Source: an uncultured Kiritimatiellota bacterium
GTDB lineage: Bacteria > Verrucomicrobiota > Kiritimatiellia > RFP12 > UBA1067
Assembly (NCBI GenBank): GCA_934635225.1
Contig: CAKTYZ010000014.1
Span: forward strand, 25,597-89,596
Reading direction: 5' to 3'
DNA length: 64,000 bases
Under the pieces are notes generated by a model that did no database searches, was not told the DNA's origin, and was given only the letters and a program-made list of their open reading frames with translations. The translations under genes were made by a program, and so were the position numbers. The first letter of the stretch is position 1. Each line of letters starts with the position of its first letter. Below, one piece after another: positions 17,462 through 25,872 of this stretch.

Positions 17462-18760
17462 ATGAAAGACCTGAAAGCAGCCTACAAGACCATCGAAGCC
17501 GACCATTTCGCGCCGGCGATGGAGATTTCGTTCATTGACGGCGCGGAGCGCCAGACCTTCCGGTACGAGAAGGTGACCTGGAACATCGGCGGCGAGGAGA
17601 AGGGCTTGCGCTACGGCGAGAATCCGGGGCAGGAAGCGGCGCTCTATCGTCTTGTGAACGGCAATCTCGTGCTGGGCGATGTCGAGATGCTTCAGGCGGG
17701 GCAGTATCTCGCGTCGCTTCCCGAACTTCTGCAGTCGGGCAAGCACCCGGGCAAGACGAACGTGACGGATGCGGACAACGCGCTGAACATCCTGCGCTAT
17801 CTCATGGACAAGCCGTGCGCGGTCATCGTCAAGCACAACAATCCGTGCGGCGTCGCGACGGGCTCGACGCTCGCCGAGGCGTATTACCGCGCGAACAAGG
17901 CCGATCGTCTCGCCGCATTCGGCGGGGCAATCGCCCTGAACCGCGACTGCGATCAAGAGACGGCGAAACTCATCATCGAGAACTATGCCGAGGTCGTGGT
18001 CGCGCCTGACTATCTGCCGGGCGTCATGGACCTCTTCGCGACGAAGAAGAACCTGCGCGTCTTCCGCATCCGCAACATGTCGCGCCTTACGGATTTCGTC
18101 GCGAAGCATGTCGTTGACTTCAAGTCGCTCATCGACGGCGGAATTGTCGCGCAGACCTCGTTCTGCGCGAACGCGCGCAAGCCGGAGGACTTCATGCCCG
18201 CGTACTGCAACCGCAAGATCACGGACAAGGCGACGGGCGAGGTGACTTGCGAAGAGCACAAGATCAACCGTCTCCCGACGGCGCAGGAGTACGAAGACCT
18301 CGTCTTCGGCTGGCTCGTCGAGGCGGGCGTGACCTCGAACTCGGTTCTCTACGTGAAAGACGGCGCGACAGTCGGCATTGGCACGGGTGAGCAGGATCGC
18401 GTCGGCGTTGCCGAGATTGCGCGTGACAAGGCCTACACGAAGCACGCGGATTGGATTGCCTGGAAGAAGTACGGAAAGCCCTTCAACGACTTGCGTCTCG
18501 TCTTCGGCGAGGAAGACGGCGCCAAGAGGCAGACTGAGATTCTGGAGCAGACCAAGGCCGAGAAGGGCGGGCTCCCCGGGTGCGCGATGGTGTCGGATGC
18601 CTTCTTCCCGTTCCGCGACGGGCTGGAAGTCGGCTTGCGCGAAGGCATCACGTCCGTCGTCCAGCCCGGCGGCGCAATTCGCGACTGGGACGTGATCGAC
18701 TGTGCGAATGCGGCGGGCGTCGCCATGGTCTTCACAGGCCAGCGGTCCTTCCGTCATTGA
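17462..18760 (+). CDS. AICAR formyltransferase-domain protein (PurH-like, no MGS/IMP-cyclohydrolase domain)
   Basis: GLRYGENPGQEAALY, VKHNNPCGVA and VVQPGGAIRD match PurH C-terminal-domain motifs. Only about 47 aa precede the first motif. Confidence 0.75.
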   Translation: MKDLKAAYKTIEADHFAPAMEISFIDGAERQTFRYEKVTWNIGGEEKGLRYGENPGQEAALYRLVNGNLVLGDVEMLQAGQYLASLPELLQSGKHPGKTNVTDADNALNILRYLMDKPCAVIVKHNNPCGVATGSTLAEAYYRANKADRLAAFGGAIALNRDCDQETAKLIIENYAEVVVAPDYLPGVMDLFATKKNLRVFRIRNMSRLTDFVAKHVVDFKSLIDGGIVAQTSFCANARKPEDFMPAYCNRKITDKATGEVTCEEHKINRLPTAQEYEDLVFGWLVEAGVTSNSVLYVKDGATVGIGTGEQDRVGVAEIARDKAYTKHADWIAWKKYGKPFNDLRLVFGEEDGAKRQTEILEQTKAEKGGLPGCAMVSDAFFPFRDGLEVGLREGITSVVQPGGAIRDWDVIDCANAAGVAMVFTGQRSFRH

Positions 18761-18767
18761 GGCGGCG

Positions 18768-19448
18768 ATGGCGGAGATCTTTGGCTATACGTTCAAGAAC
18801 GGCGCGCTTTTGGCGGAGGCGTTGACGACGCCGGCGTGCCGAATGGAACGCCCCAACGTCGAGGACAACCAGCGACTGGAGTTTCTGGGCGATTCGGTCC
18901 TGGGGATGCTCGCGGCGGAATGCCTCTACGCGGCGTTCCCGCACGAGGCAGAGGGCTCTCTTACGGTGCGCCGAACGCTGATGGTGTCTGCGGCGGCGCT
19001 TTGCGAGGCGGCGAACCGTCTGGGGCTTGTGCCGCGCCTGAAGCGAAATCGGGGCGCACAGCAACTGCCGCGCAATTCCAAGACAATTGCCGATGCCGTT
19101 GAGGCGATTATCGGCGCGGCCTATCTGGACGGCGGCTTTGCGGCGGCGCGGCAGGTCTTTGCGGCGCTTGGCCTGTCGCCCGACTTGGAGACGAACGCCT
19201 GGCACGGCAATCCGAAGGGCGAGTTGCAGGTGCGCGCCTTGGCGATGAAGCCGCCGGTTCGGCCCGTTTACGAATTGCTGAAGAAGGTTGGCGCGGACCA
19301 TGCGCCGGTCTTCACGGTCCGCGTCACCGTCAAGGGAATCGGAAGCGCCGAAGCGTCTGCCGGCAGCCATAAGGAGGCGGAGGTCCATGCCGCCGAGAAA
19401 CTGCTGCGTGAGCAGTTCGAAGTCGGCGGATCGCCTCAGACCGAGTGA
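18768..19448 (+). CDS. rnc: Ribonuclease III
   Basis: RNase III signature NQRLEFLGDSVLG plus a C-terminal dsRBD-like region (GADHAPVFTVRV..GSHKEAEVHAAEKLL). Confidence 0.9.
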   Translation: MAEIFGYTFKNGALLAEALTTPACRMERPNVEDNQRLEFLGDSVLGMLAAECLYAAFPHEAEGSLTVRRTLMVSAAALCEAANRLGLVPRLKRNRGAQQLPRNSKTIADAVEAIIGAAYLDGGFAAARQVFAALGLSPDLETNAWHGNPKGELQVRALAMKPPVRPVYELLKKVGADHAPVFTVRVTVKGIGSAEASAGSHKEAEVHAAEKLLREQFEVGGSPQTE

Positions 19449-20350
19449 ATGGTGAGTTGCGGGAAGGGGATGCTGATGTCATTCTTCTCGAACGCGCTCT
19501 TGATGGCGATCTGCGTGTCATTGTAGACGGCCCAATAGGTCGCGCCGTCGGTCCACGGGCGGACGTTGAGTGTGACTTGGCTGTCGTCAAGTGAGGCAAC
19601 GAATACGGCGGGAGCCGGATTCGCGAGGACGCCGGGAATGGTCGGCAGCGTTTCCCGCACGATGCGGATGGCCTTTGTCACGTCGCACGAGTAGTCGATG
19701 CCGATCTTGATGTCAACGCGACGGCGGCCAAGGGCCGAGAAGTTTACGATCGGGCCGCCCCAGGCGCTCTTGTTCGGGATGATGACCTTCTTGTTGTCCG
19801 CAGTGGACAGGACGGTCGCCATCATGTCAACTTTCAGGACGGAACCCTCGTGCCCGGCGAGGATGACGTAATCGCCCAGCTTGAATGGCTCGTTGATGGC
19901 GATCATAAGCCCTGACGCGAGATTTCCGAGCGATTCCTGAAAGGCAAATCCCAGAATAAAGCCCGTGACGCCGAGTCCTGCGATGATGGGCGCGACGTTC
20001 ACCCCGAGCTTGCCGAGAACCAGGACGAGCAGAACGGACCAGCAGACCTTTGAGGTGACGCTGCGGACGAAGTTGGCGAGAAGCGTGTTCCTGTGATGCC
20101 CCTTTTCAAGGGCTTTCCCGACGGCCGCGACAATCAGTCGCGTCACGAGCCAGCCCAGAAGGAGGATGATGAGGGCGGCGATGAAGTCAAAGGCGAAAGA
20201 GATCCCCTTGTCCGTCAGCCCGTTCAACGCCTGCCGAAAGACTTCCTGTTCGTGTTCAAAGTGTTCTCCGAACTCAGCGTAGAGCTTTTCGCTCATGCTA
20301 ATGCCAGTTGCCGCAGTTTCGTTTGTCATCTCCATTCGCTCCTTAGTCAA
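19436..20350 (-). CDS. mscS: Small-conductance mechanosensitive channel (MscS family)
   Basis: LGNLASGLMIAINEPFKLGDYVILAGHEGSVLKVDMMATVL..IIPN pattern after the TM segments. Confidence 0.85.
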   Translation of the reverse strand: MTKERMEMTNETAATGISMSEKLYAEFGEHFEHEQEVFRQALNGLTDKGISFAFDFIAALIILLLGWLVTRLIVAAVGKALEKGHHRNTLLANFVRSVTSKVCWSVLLVLVLGKLGVNVAPIIAGLGVTGFILGFAFQESLGNLASGLMIAINEPFKLGDYVILAGHEGSVLKVDMMATVLSTADNKKVIIPNKSAWGGPIVNFSALGRRRVDIKIGIDYSCDVTKAIRIVRETLPTIPGVLANPAPAVFVASLDDSQVTLNVRPWTDGATYWAVYNDTQIAIKSAFEKNDISIPFPQLTIHSV

Positions 20351-20363
20351 CGCCCCAGTCCGT

Positions 20364-22358
20364 TCATCGGAACTCGATGTTTGCGATGATGTCGGGCTTT
20401 TCGGCCATATCGACTGTCACGTTCTCAAGTCGCATATCCTGTACCGGCATCTTCGGATCTCCGACGAGGTTCAGGCGGTATTTGGCCTTGCCGCCATGAA
20501 CGTTGCGGATGTCAATGTCGCGGATGACAGTCGCGCGGTTCTCGTAGTCCGGGAAGTCGGCCCATTCGTAGAGCGTATCGACGGACAGGCTGACGAGATC
20601 GCAACGGACGTTCCCCACAGTGACGCCGTCCACGGAGATGCCCTCGATTGTGCCGCCACGCCGACGATTCGTCTTGATGAAGATGGCCCGGCTCACGTCA
20701 TGGCTTCGGCAGTCCATGAGGCGGACGTTCTTTACGCCGCCCGAGATCTCGCTGCCGATGCCGAGCAGGGTGTGCGCATCGACGATCTCGCAGTCGCGTA
20801 TGAACACGTCTCTTGTCGGTGTCGCGAGACGCCAGGCGTCACGGTTGCGGCCCGACTTGATCACGATTCCGTCGTCCCCTTGGTCGAAGCGGCAGCTCTC
20901 AACGATGACATTGCGGCTCATCTCAATGTCAATGCCGTCGTTGTTGTTTCCGTGCGCGTAGACATCGAGATTGCGCACGGCGGCGTCTTCGCAGAGATAG
21001 AGGTGAAGCGTCCAAAAGGGCGAATTGCGCACCTTGAAGCCGTCCCACGTCACCCCCTTGCAACGATTGAACTGGACGAGATGCGGACGCGTATGCGCAT
21101 TTTCCATCTTCCAGATCTCGCGTTTCTCGACCGGATAGTCCGTCGCGCCCCAAGTGTAAAGCTGCAGTCGTGCGGCCTTGATGCCGTTCTGTTGCGGCAC
21201 CCACGAATACCAGGTCGTGTCCTTCCACTCGCCCGCGTATCCGCGCAAAGTGCCCGAACCTGTCAGCGCGACATTTGTGCAGGCGTAGGCGTAGACAAGC
21301 GGAGAGTAGTTCCAGCACTCCATGCCTTCCCATGTCGTGTGGACGGCCGGCAAATAGTCGTTCGGATCCTGCGAGAAGACGACTTCCGCACCATCTTCCA
21401 GATGGAGCTCGCAGTTCGAGCGGAAGTGGATCGGCCCCGAGAGCCACTTGCCTCTCGGCACGACGACGCGACCGCCGCCGGACTGAGCGCACATTGCCAT
21501 CGCCTGCGCAAACGCCGCCGTGCATTTCGAGCCGTCCGTCCGTGCGCCAAAGTCGGTAATCGGGAAGTCACGGTCCTTGAAGAGCGCCGCGACGGAAAGG
21601 CTTCGTGCGCGGACATCGTCGAGGAACAGTTTCGCGAACGCCGCCGCGCCGGTTTGGATCGGATGCGTGACGTCCCGTGCGGGTTCGCCGTCCTTTCCGT
21701 GCACGAGTCCCGTTGAGATGACGAAGAACTTATGGGACTTCTCGCGGCCAAGGTCTTCCATCAGGCCGCGTGTCAGCCCATTCATGTCGATAAAGTCGCA
21801 GGCCAGCTCTTCGGACAGTTCGCACATGGCGTCGCGATAGCTTCGGAGGCAGATTCCGTCGGACTTGTGTTCCGTGTCGATGAGCGTCTTCCCGTCCTTG
21901 TCGAACGTCGCGCGGCAAATGGGGGACAGGAGAATTGGCGTTGCGCCTTTTGCGCGCACGTCCTTCACCCAGCCTCGGACGATCTCGCGGAAAAGGCCTT
22001 TCGGGTCGGCCCAGCGCTCTTTCCGGTAGAACTCGGATGAGCGCTTCTGGTCGTTATGCCCGAACTGGATGGCGACAAAGTCGCCGGGCTTCACCTCGGC
22101 GATGAGTCTTGCCCACAGGCCTGCTGCGGCAAAGCTTTTCGTGGAGTCGCCGCTGCGCGCGTAGTTTGCGACGCGGCATCCCGCCTTCATCGCCTTCTGG
22201 AGCTGTGTGCCCCAGCTGTAATACGGCGCACGAATCTTGCCGCCGAGGCTGTAGCCCGCATCGTCGAGCGTTGAGTCGCCTGCAAAGAAGAGCGTTGTCG
22301 CTGACGCACCGAGTGTCAGGATTCCAACGCTTGCCGCTGTCATCATTTGTCGAACCAT
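20364..22358 (-). CDS. Fusion of an SGNH esterase (rhamnogalacturonan acetylesterase-like, CE12) with a GH28 polygalacturonase-family hydrolase
   Basis: N-terminal blocks FFAGDSTLDD, QFGHNDQ and DVTH. C-terminal GH28 motifs NNNDGIDIE, GDDGIVIKSG, GIGSE and IFIKT. Confidence 0.8.
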   Translation of the reverse strand: MVRQMMTAASVGILTLGASATTLFFAGDSTLDDAGYSLGGKIRAPYYSWGTQLQKAMKAGCRVANYARSGDSTKSFAAAGLWARLIAEVKPGDFVAIQFGHNDQKRSSEFYRKERWADPKGLFREIVRGWVKDVRAKGATPILLSPICRATFDKDGKTLIDTEHKSDGICLRSYRDAMCELSEELACDFIDMNGLTRGLMEDLGREKSHKFFVISTGLVHGKDGEPARDVTHPIQTGAAAFAKLFLDDVRARSLSVAALFKDRDFPITDFGARTDGSKCTAAFAQAMAMCAQSGGGRVVVPRGKWLSGPIHFRSNCELHLEDGAEVVFSQDPNDYLPAVHTTWEGMECWNYSPLVYAYACTNVALTGSGTLRGYAGEWKDTTWYSWVPQQNGIKAARLQLYTWGATDYPVEKREIWKMENAHTRPHLVQFNRCKGVTWDGFKVRNSPFWTLHLYLCEDAAVRNLDVYAHGNNNDGIDIEMSRNVIVESCRFDQGDDGIVIKSGRNRDAWRLATPTRDVFIRDCEIVDAHTLLGIGSEISGGVKNVRLMDCRSHDVSRAIFIKTNRRRGGTIEGISVDGVTVGNVRCDLVSLSVDTLYEWADFPDYENRATVIRDIDIRNVHGGKAKYRLNLVGDPKMPVQDMRLENVTVDMAEKPDIIANIEFR

Positions 22359-22366
22359 ATGCCCAC

Positions 22367-22375
22367 ATTATAACA
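22367..22375 (-). promoter_or_regulatory. Extended -10 box TGTTATAAT on the - strand, 8 nt upstream of the CE12-GH28 ATG
   Basis: The reverse complement of 22367-22375 reads TGTTATAAT. An 8-nt spacer precedes ATG 22358-22356. Confidence 0.45.
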
Positions 22376-22446
22376 TAATTTTGCCTCTCTGAGGCTTTGG
22401 GGAGCTTCCAGGTCAGCGAGAGCAGACGGCAGGGGCGGAGAGATTA

Positions 22447-22455
22447 TGATATAAT
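22447..22455 (+). promoter_or_regulatory. Extended -10 box TGATATAAT, 9 nt upstream of the EEP gene ATG
   Basis: TGATATAAT at 22447-22455; ATG at 22465. Confidence 0.45.
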
Positions 22456-22464
22456 CTAAGGATC

Positions 22465-23412
22465 ATGAACAAGTTCTACACTCTGTTTGGCAGGATGCTG
22501 CCAGTCGTGTCGCTTTCGGCGTTGGCTTTGGCTGGTTGCCACAAAGCCCCGGTCGAGACGGTGCGCGTGGCGACGTACAACATCCGTTGTCCCGCAAAGG
22601 ATGGCGAGAACAATTGGGACAAGCGCAGGGCGGACCTCGTCACGCTCGTCAAGAAGATGGATCTGGACGTGTTCGGTCTGCAGGAAGTCGCTCCCGAGCA
22701 GGCCGCTTATCTGCGTGCGCAGTTGCCGGAATTCGCGTTCGTCGGCGAACACCGCGAAGCCGACCGCGTTTCAGGCGAGGCTTCGCCCGTCTGTTATCGG
22801 AAGAGCCGTTTCGACGCGCTCAAGGCCGGGACCTTCTGGCTTTCCGAGACGCCGGATGTGCCAGGCCGCAAAGGCTGGGGCGCGGCTTGTCCGCGCGTTT
22901 GCTCGTATCTGATCCTTCGGGACAAGCCGAGCGGTCGGACGTTTTGCTTTGCCAATACGCATACGGACCACATTTCGGCGCTGGCGCGAGAGAAGGGGAT
23001 GACGCTTGTCATAGAGCGGATGAAGGACTTTGGCGCGGGTGCGCCCATCGTCTTTGTCGGTGACCATAATTGCCGCGAGACAGAAGCCCCGGCCCTTGCC
23101 GTCGCAAAACTCCTGAAGAATGCGCTCCATGAGTCCGAGACGCCGCCGGCCGGAAGCTGGCGGACCTGGAACGACTGGCGGTGGCGTGACAGCGAAGTGC
23201 CGACGGCATCCGCGCTGAGGCTTTCGGCGGAGGTGCGCAACCAATTGGACGGCTCGTTCTACGAGGAGTGCGGCGGTCCGCGCATCGACTACATCTACGT
23301 GAGTCCGGGCGTGCGCGTGTTGGACTATGTGACGGTGAATGATTCGCGTCCGGGGCTGAAGCGCTATCCATCGGACCACTTTCCGATTGTGGCGACCCTT
23401 GCCCTGCCATGA
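22465..23412 (+). CDS. Endonuclease/exonuclease/phosphatase (EEP) family lipoprotein
   Basis: Lipobox LALAGC. EEP-type motifs VATYNIR, DVFGLQEV, NTHTDH and SDHFPIV. Confidence 0.75.
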   Translation: MNKFYTLFGRMLPVVSLSALALAGCHKAPVETVRVATYNIRCPAKDGENNWDKRRADLVTLVKKMDLDVFGLQEVAPEQAAYLRAQLPEFAFVGEHREADRVSGEASPVCYRKSRFDALKAGTFWLSETPDVPGRKGWGAACPRVCSYLILRDKPSGRTFCFANTHTDHISALAREKGMTLVIERMKDFGAGAPIVFVGDHNCRETEAPALAVAKLLKNALHESETPPAGSWRTWNDWRWRDSEVPTASALRLSAEVRNQLDGSFYEECGGPRIDYIYVSPGVRVLDYVTVNDSRPGLKRYPSDHFPIVATLALP

Positions 23413-24122
23413 CGACGCTGATTACGGGGGCGAGTTCGGGCATTGGCGCGGCGTTGGCGCGTGCCTGTGCCGCACGTGGTGACCGGCTGTTCCTGTCGGG
23501 GCGTCATGTGGCGCGGCTGGAGGCCGTGGCAAAGGACTGCGGTGCGGAATGGACGGCGGTCGATGCCACGGACGAGACGGCGATGCGCACATGGATCCGG
23601 CGTTGCCATGCCGCATCGCCGCTGGATCTTGTCTTCGCTAATGCCGGCGTCTCTACGGGCGAAGAGAACGAGGCGAACGTTCGGCAGACGTTCGCGACGA
23701 ATGTGGGCGGTTGCCTCAACACCGTCCTGCCGGCCATCGAGACGGGTGCGCGACAGATCGTCATCACGGCGTCCATTGCCGGTTATGGTCCGCTGAAAGC
23801 CTGCCCAAGCTATGCGGCGACCAAGGCGTGCGTCAAGACGTGGGGGCTGGCGCTTCGGGCGCGGCTGGCACCTTCGGGAATCAAGGTGAACGTTGTCGCG
23901 CCGGGGTTTGTCCGCAGCCGCATCACGGAGGCCAACACCTGCCCGATGCCGTTTTTCATGGAGGCTGAGAAAGCGGCGCAGGTCATTTTGCGCCGGGTCG
24001 AGCGCAATGTCGGGCTCATTGCGTTTCCGTGGCCCATGCGCTTTGCGACATGGCTGCTGTCGATTCTCCCTTGCCGCCTCAATGAGATGCTTAACCGAGT
24101 CTTGCCTGAGAAGGTGATCTGA
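23409..24122 (+). CDS. Short-chain dehydrogenase/reductase (classical SDR)
   Basis: LITGASSGIGAALA, NAGV and YAATKA (YxxxK). ATGA overlap with the EEP stop. Confidence 0.85.
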   Translation: MTTLITGASSGIGAALARACAARGDRLFLSGRHVARLEAVAKDCGAEWTAVDATDETAMRTWIRRCHAASPLDLVFANAGVSTGEENEANVRQTFATNVGGCLNTVLPAIETGARQIVITASIAGYGPLKACPSYAATKACVKTWGLALRARLAPSGIKVNVVAPGFVRSRITEANTCPMPFFMEAEKAAQVILRRVERNVGLIAFPWPMRFATWLLSILPCRLNEMLNRVLPEKVI

Positions 24123-25027
24123 TGGGGAATGTGAAATCGGCTTTTTCGATTGGCCTTGAATATGGCGCGTTGCGTACGGTCTGCGCGCTGGTGAATGCGA
24201 TTCCCTATCCGGTCGCGCTGGCGGTCGCACATGGGCTGGGCTGGGTCGCGTTCCGGGTCTTCGGCTTCAAACGCGCGCGGACGCTTGCGCGAATCCGCGA
24301 AGTCTTTCCGGAGAAGGACGTGAAGGAGGCGACGGCCATTGCCGTGCGCTCGCTTCAGAACGTCCTGCAGACGGGCGTCGAGATGATGCGTGCGCCACGG
24401 CTGGGACGGGCTTGGATGGATCGTCATGTCGTGGACGGGGCTCTTTACAAGGACAAGCTTCAGTCCTACGTTGACGAGGGGAAGGGCGTCGTCATCATGG
24501 TGCCGCATTCGGGCAACTGGTATATGGCGGCCTGGTCGATGGCAAAGTACGGGCTGCCGCTCTTCGCCATTGCCGCGCGTCAGCGTAACCCCAGACTGGA
24601 CGCGTGGATGAAGCGTCAGTACGGGGATATCGAGGTGCTGGACCGTGACTGCCGCGAGACGCTGGTGCGCATCAAGGAGAAGCTGGAGGCAGGGCGTGCC
24701 TTTGCGATTCTTCCCGACTTGCGTGTGCGGAAGCCGGATGTTTCGGTTGATTTCCTCGGAGGCAAGGCCAACGTCTCGCATGCCGGAGCGATGTTTGCCG
24801 TGAAATGCGGCGCACCGATTGTGGTTGCGCAGATGCTCCGCGAGAACGGGCGCCATGTTTTCAATCATATCGCGACACTTCGTCCGGATCCGGCTGCGAC
24901 GGACAAGAAAGCGGAGGCGGCGCGCCTGACGCGCGAGGCGATGCGCCTGTTGGATGACGCCGTTCGCGCACGTCCGGGCGATTGGTATTGGTTCAATAAG
25001 CGTTGGATTCTCGAACCCGTTTCCTAA
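24122..25027 (+). CDS. LpxL/HtrB-family (lysophospholipid/lipid A) acyltransferase
   Basis: VPHSGNWY (H-x4-acidic-type acyltransferase motif region), ILPDLR and a length near 300 aa. TGATG overlap with the SDR stop. Confidence 0.7.
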   Translation: MGNVKSAFSIGLEYGALRTVCALVNAIPYPVALAVAHGLGWVAFRVFGFKRARTLARIREVFPEKDVKEATAIAVRSLQNVLQTGVEMMRAPRLGRAWMDRHVVDGALYKDKLQSYVDEGKGVVIMVPHSGNWYMAAWSMAKYGLPLFAIAARQRNPRLDAWMKRQYGDIEVLDRDCRETLVRIKEKLEAGRAFAILPDLRVRKPDVSVDFLGGKANVSHAGAMFAVKCGAPIVVAQMLRENGRHVFNHIATLRPDPAATDKKAEAARLTREAMRLLDDAVRARPGDWYWFNKRWILEPVS

Positions 25028-25084
25028 TGTGCTCTTCACGCAATCGTCCGAATGAACGCCGTCTTCACCTTGCAGCGGAAATTT

Positions 25085-25093
25085 TGGTATAAT
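25085..25093 (+). promoter_or_regulatory. Extended -10 promoter box TGGTATAAT (NifU-like/GGGtGRT operon)
   Basis: Exact 9-mer. SD aaaggag precedes ATG 25129. Confidence 0.5.
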
Positions 25094-25128
25094 ATGCAGT
25101 TAATTTCACATTACAAAGGAGACACAAA

Positions 25129-25821
25129 ATGGTCTACTCGACAGAAGTCGAACATCAGTGCCCGCTCATGAAGGGGTGCAATCACGGTCCCGCGCCGATT
25201 CCGGAAGAAGGAAAGTGGGTGCAGGCCAAGCAGATCAAGGACATTAGCGGCTATACGCATGGCGTGGGTTGGTGTGCGCCGCAGCAGGGCGCCTGCAAAC
25301 TCTCGCTGAACGTCAAGAACGGCGTGATTGAAGAGGCTCTTGTCGAGACGATCGGCTGCTCGGGCATGACCCACTCCGCCGCGATGGCCTCTGAGATTCT
25401 CGTCGGCAAGACGATTCTTGAAGCTCTCAACACTGACCTCGTCTGCGATGCGATCAACACCGCGATGCGCGAGCTTTTCCTCCAGATCGTCTACGGCCGC
25501 ACGCAGTCCGCGTTCTCCGACGGCGGTCTCGTCATCGGCGCGGGTCTTGAAGACCTTGGCAAGGGACTTCGTTCGATGGTCGGCACGATGTACGCGACGA
25601 AGGCGAAAGGTCCGCGCTATCTTGAAATGACCGAGGGCTACTGCACGCGCATGGCTCTCAACAAGGAAGGCGAAGTGACCGGTTACGAGTTCGTCTCCCT
25701 CGGCAAGATGACCGACTTCATCAAGAAGGGCCTGACGCCGAACGAGGCGTGGGAGAAGGCGAAAGGCCACTATGGCCAGTTCGAGGGTGCGGCGAAGTAT
25801 ATCGATCCCCGCAAGGAGTAA
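25129..25821 (+). CDS. NifU/IscU-like Fe-S scaffold-related protein (partner of the GGGtGRT protein)
   Basis: Cys-rich N-terminal half (CPLMKGC, GWCAPQQGAC, ETIGCSGMTHSAAMASE) resembles the NifU N-terminal domain. The assignment is from memory of the family, not a search. Confidence 0.55.
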   Translation: MVYSTEVEHQCPLMKGCNHGPAPIPEEGKWVQAKQIKDISGYTHGVGWCAPQQGACKLSLNVKNGVIEEALVETIGCSGMTHSAAMASEILVGKTILEALNTDLVCDAINTAMRELFLQIVYGRTQSAFSDGGLVIGAGLEDLGKGLRSMVGTMYATKAKGPRYLEMTEGYCTRMALNKEGEVTGYEFVSLGKMTDFIKKGLTPNEAWEKAKGHYGQFEGAAKYIDPRKE

Positions 25822-25872
25822 TCGAAAGAGTCGAGCATCGAATGATCGATTAATCTGAAAGGAACTTTTAAG

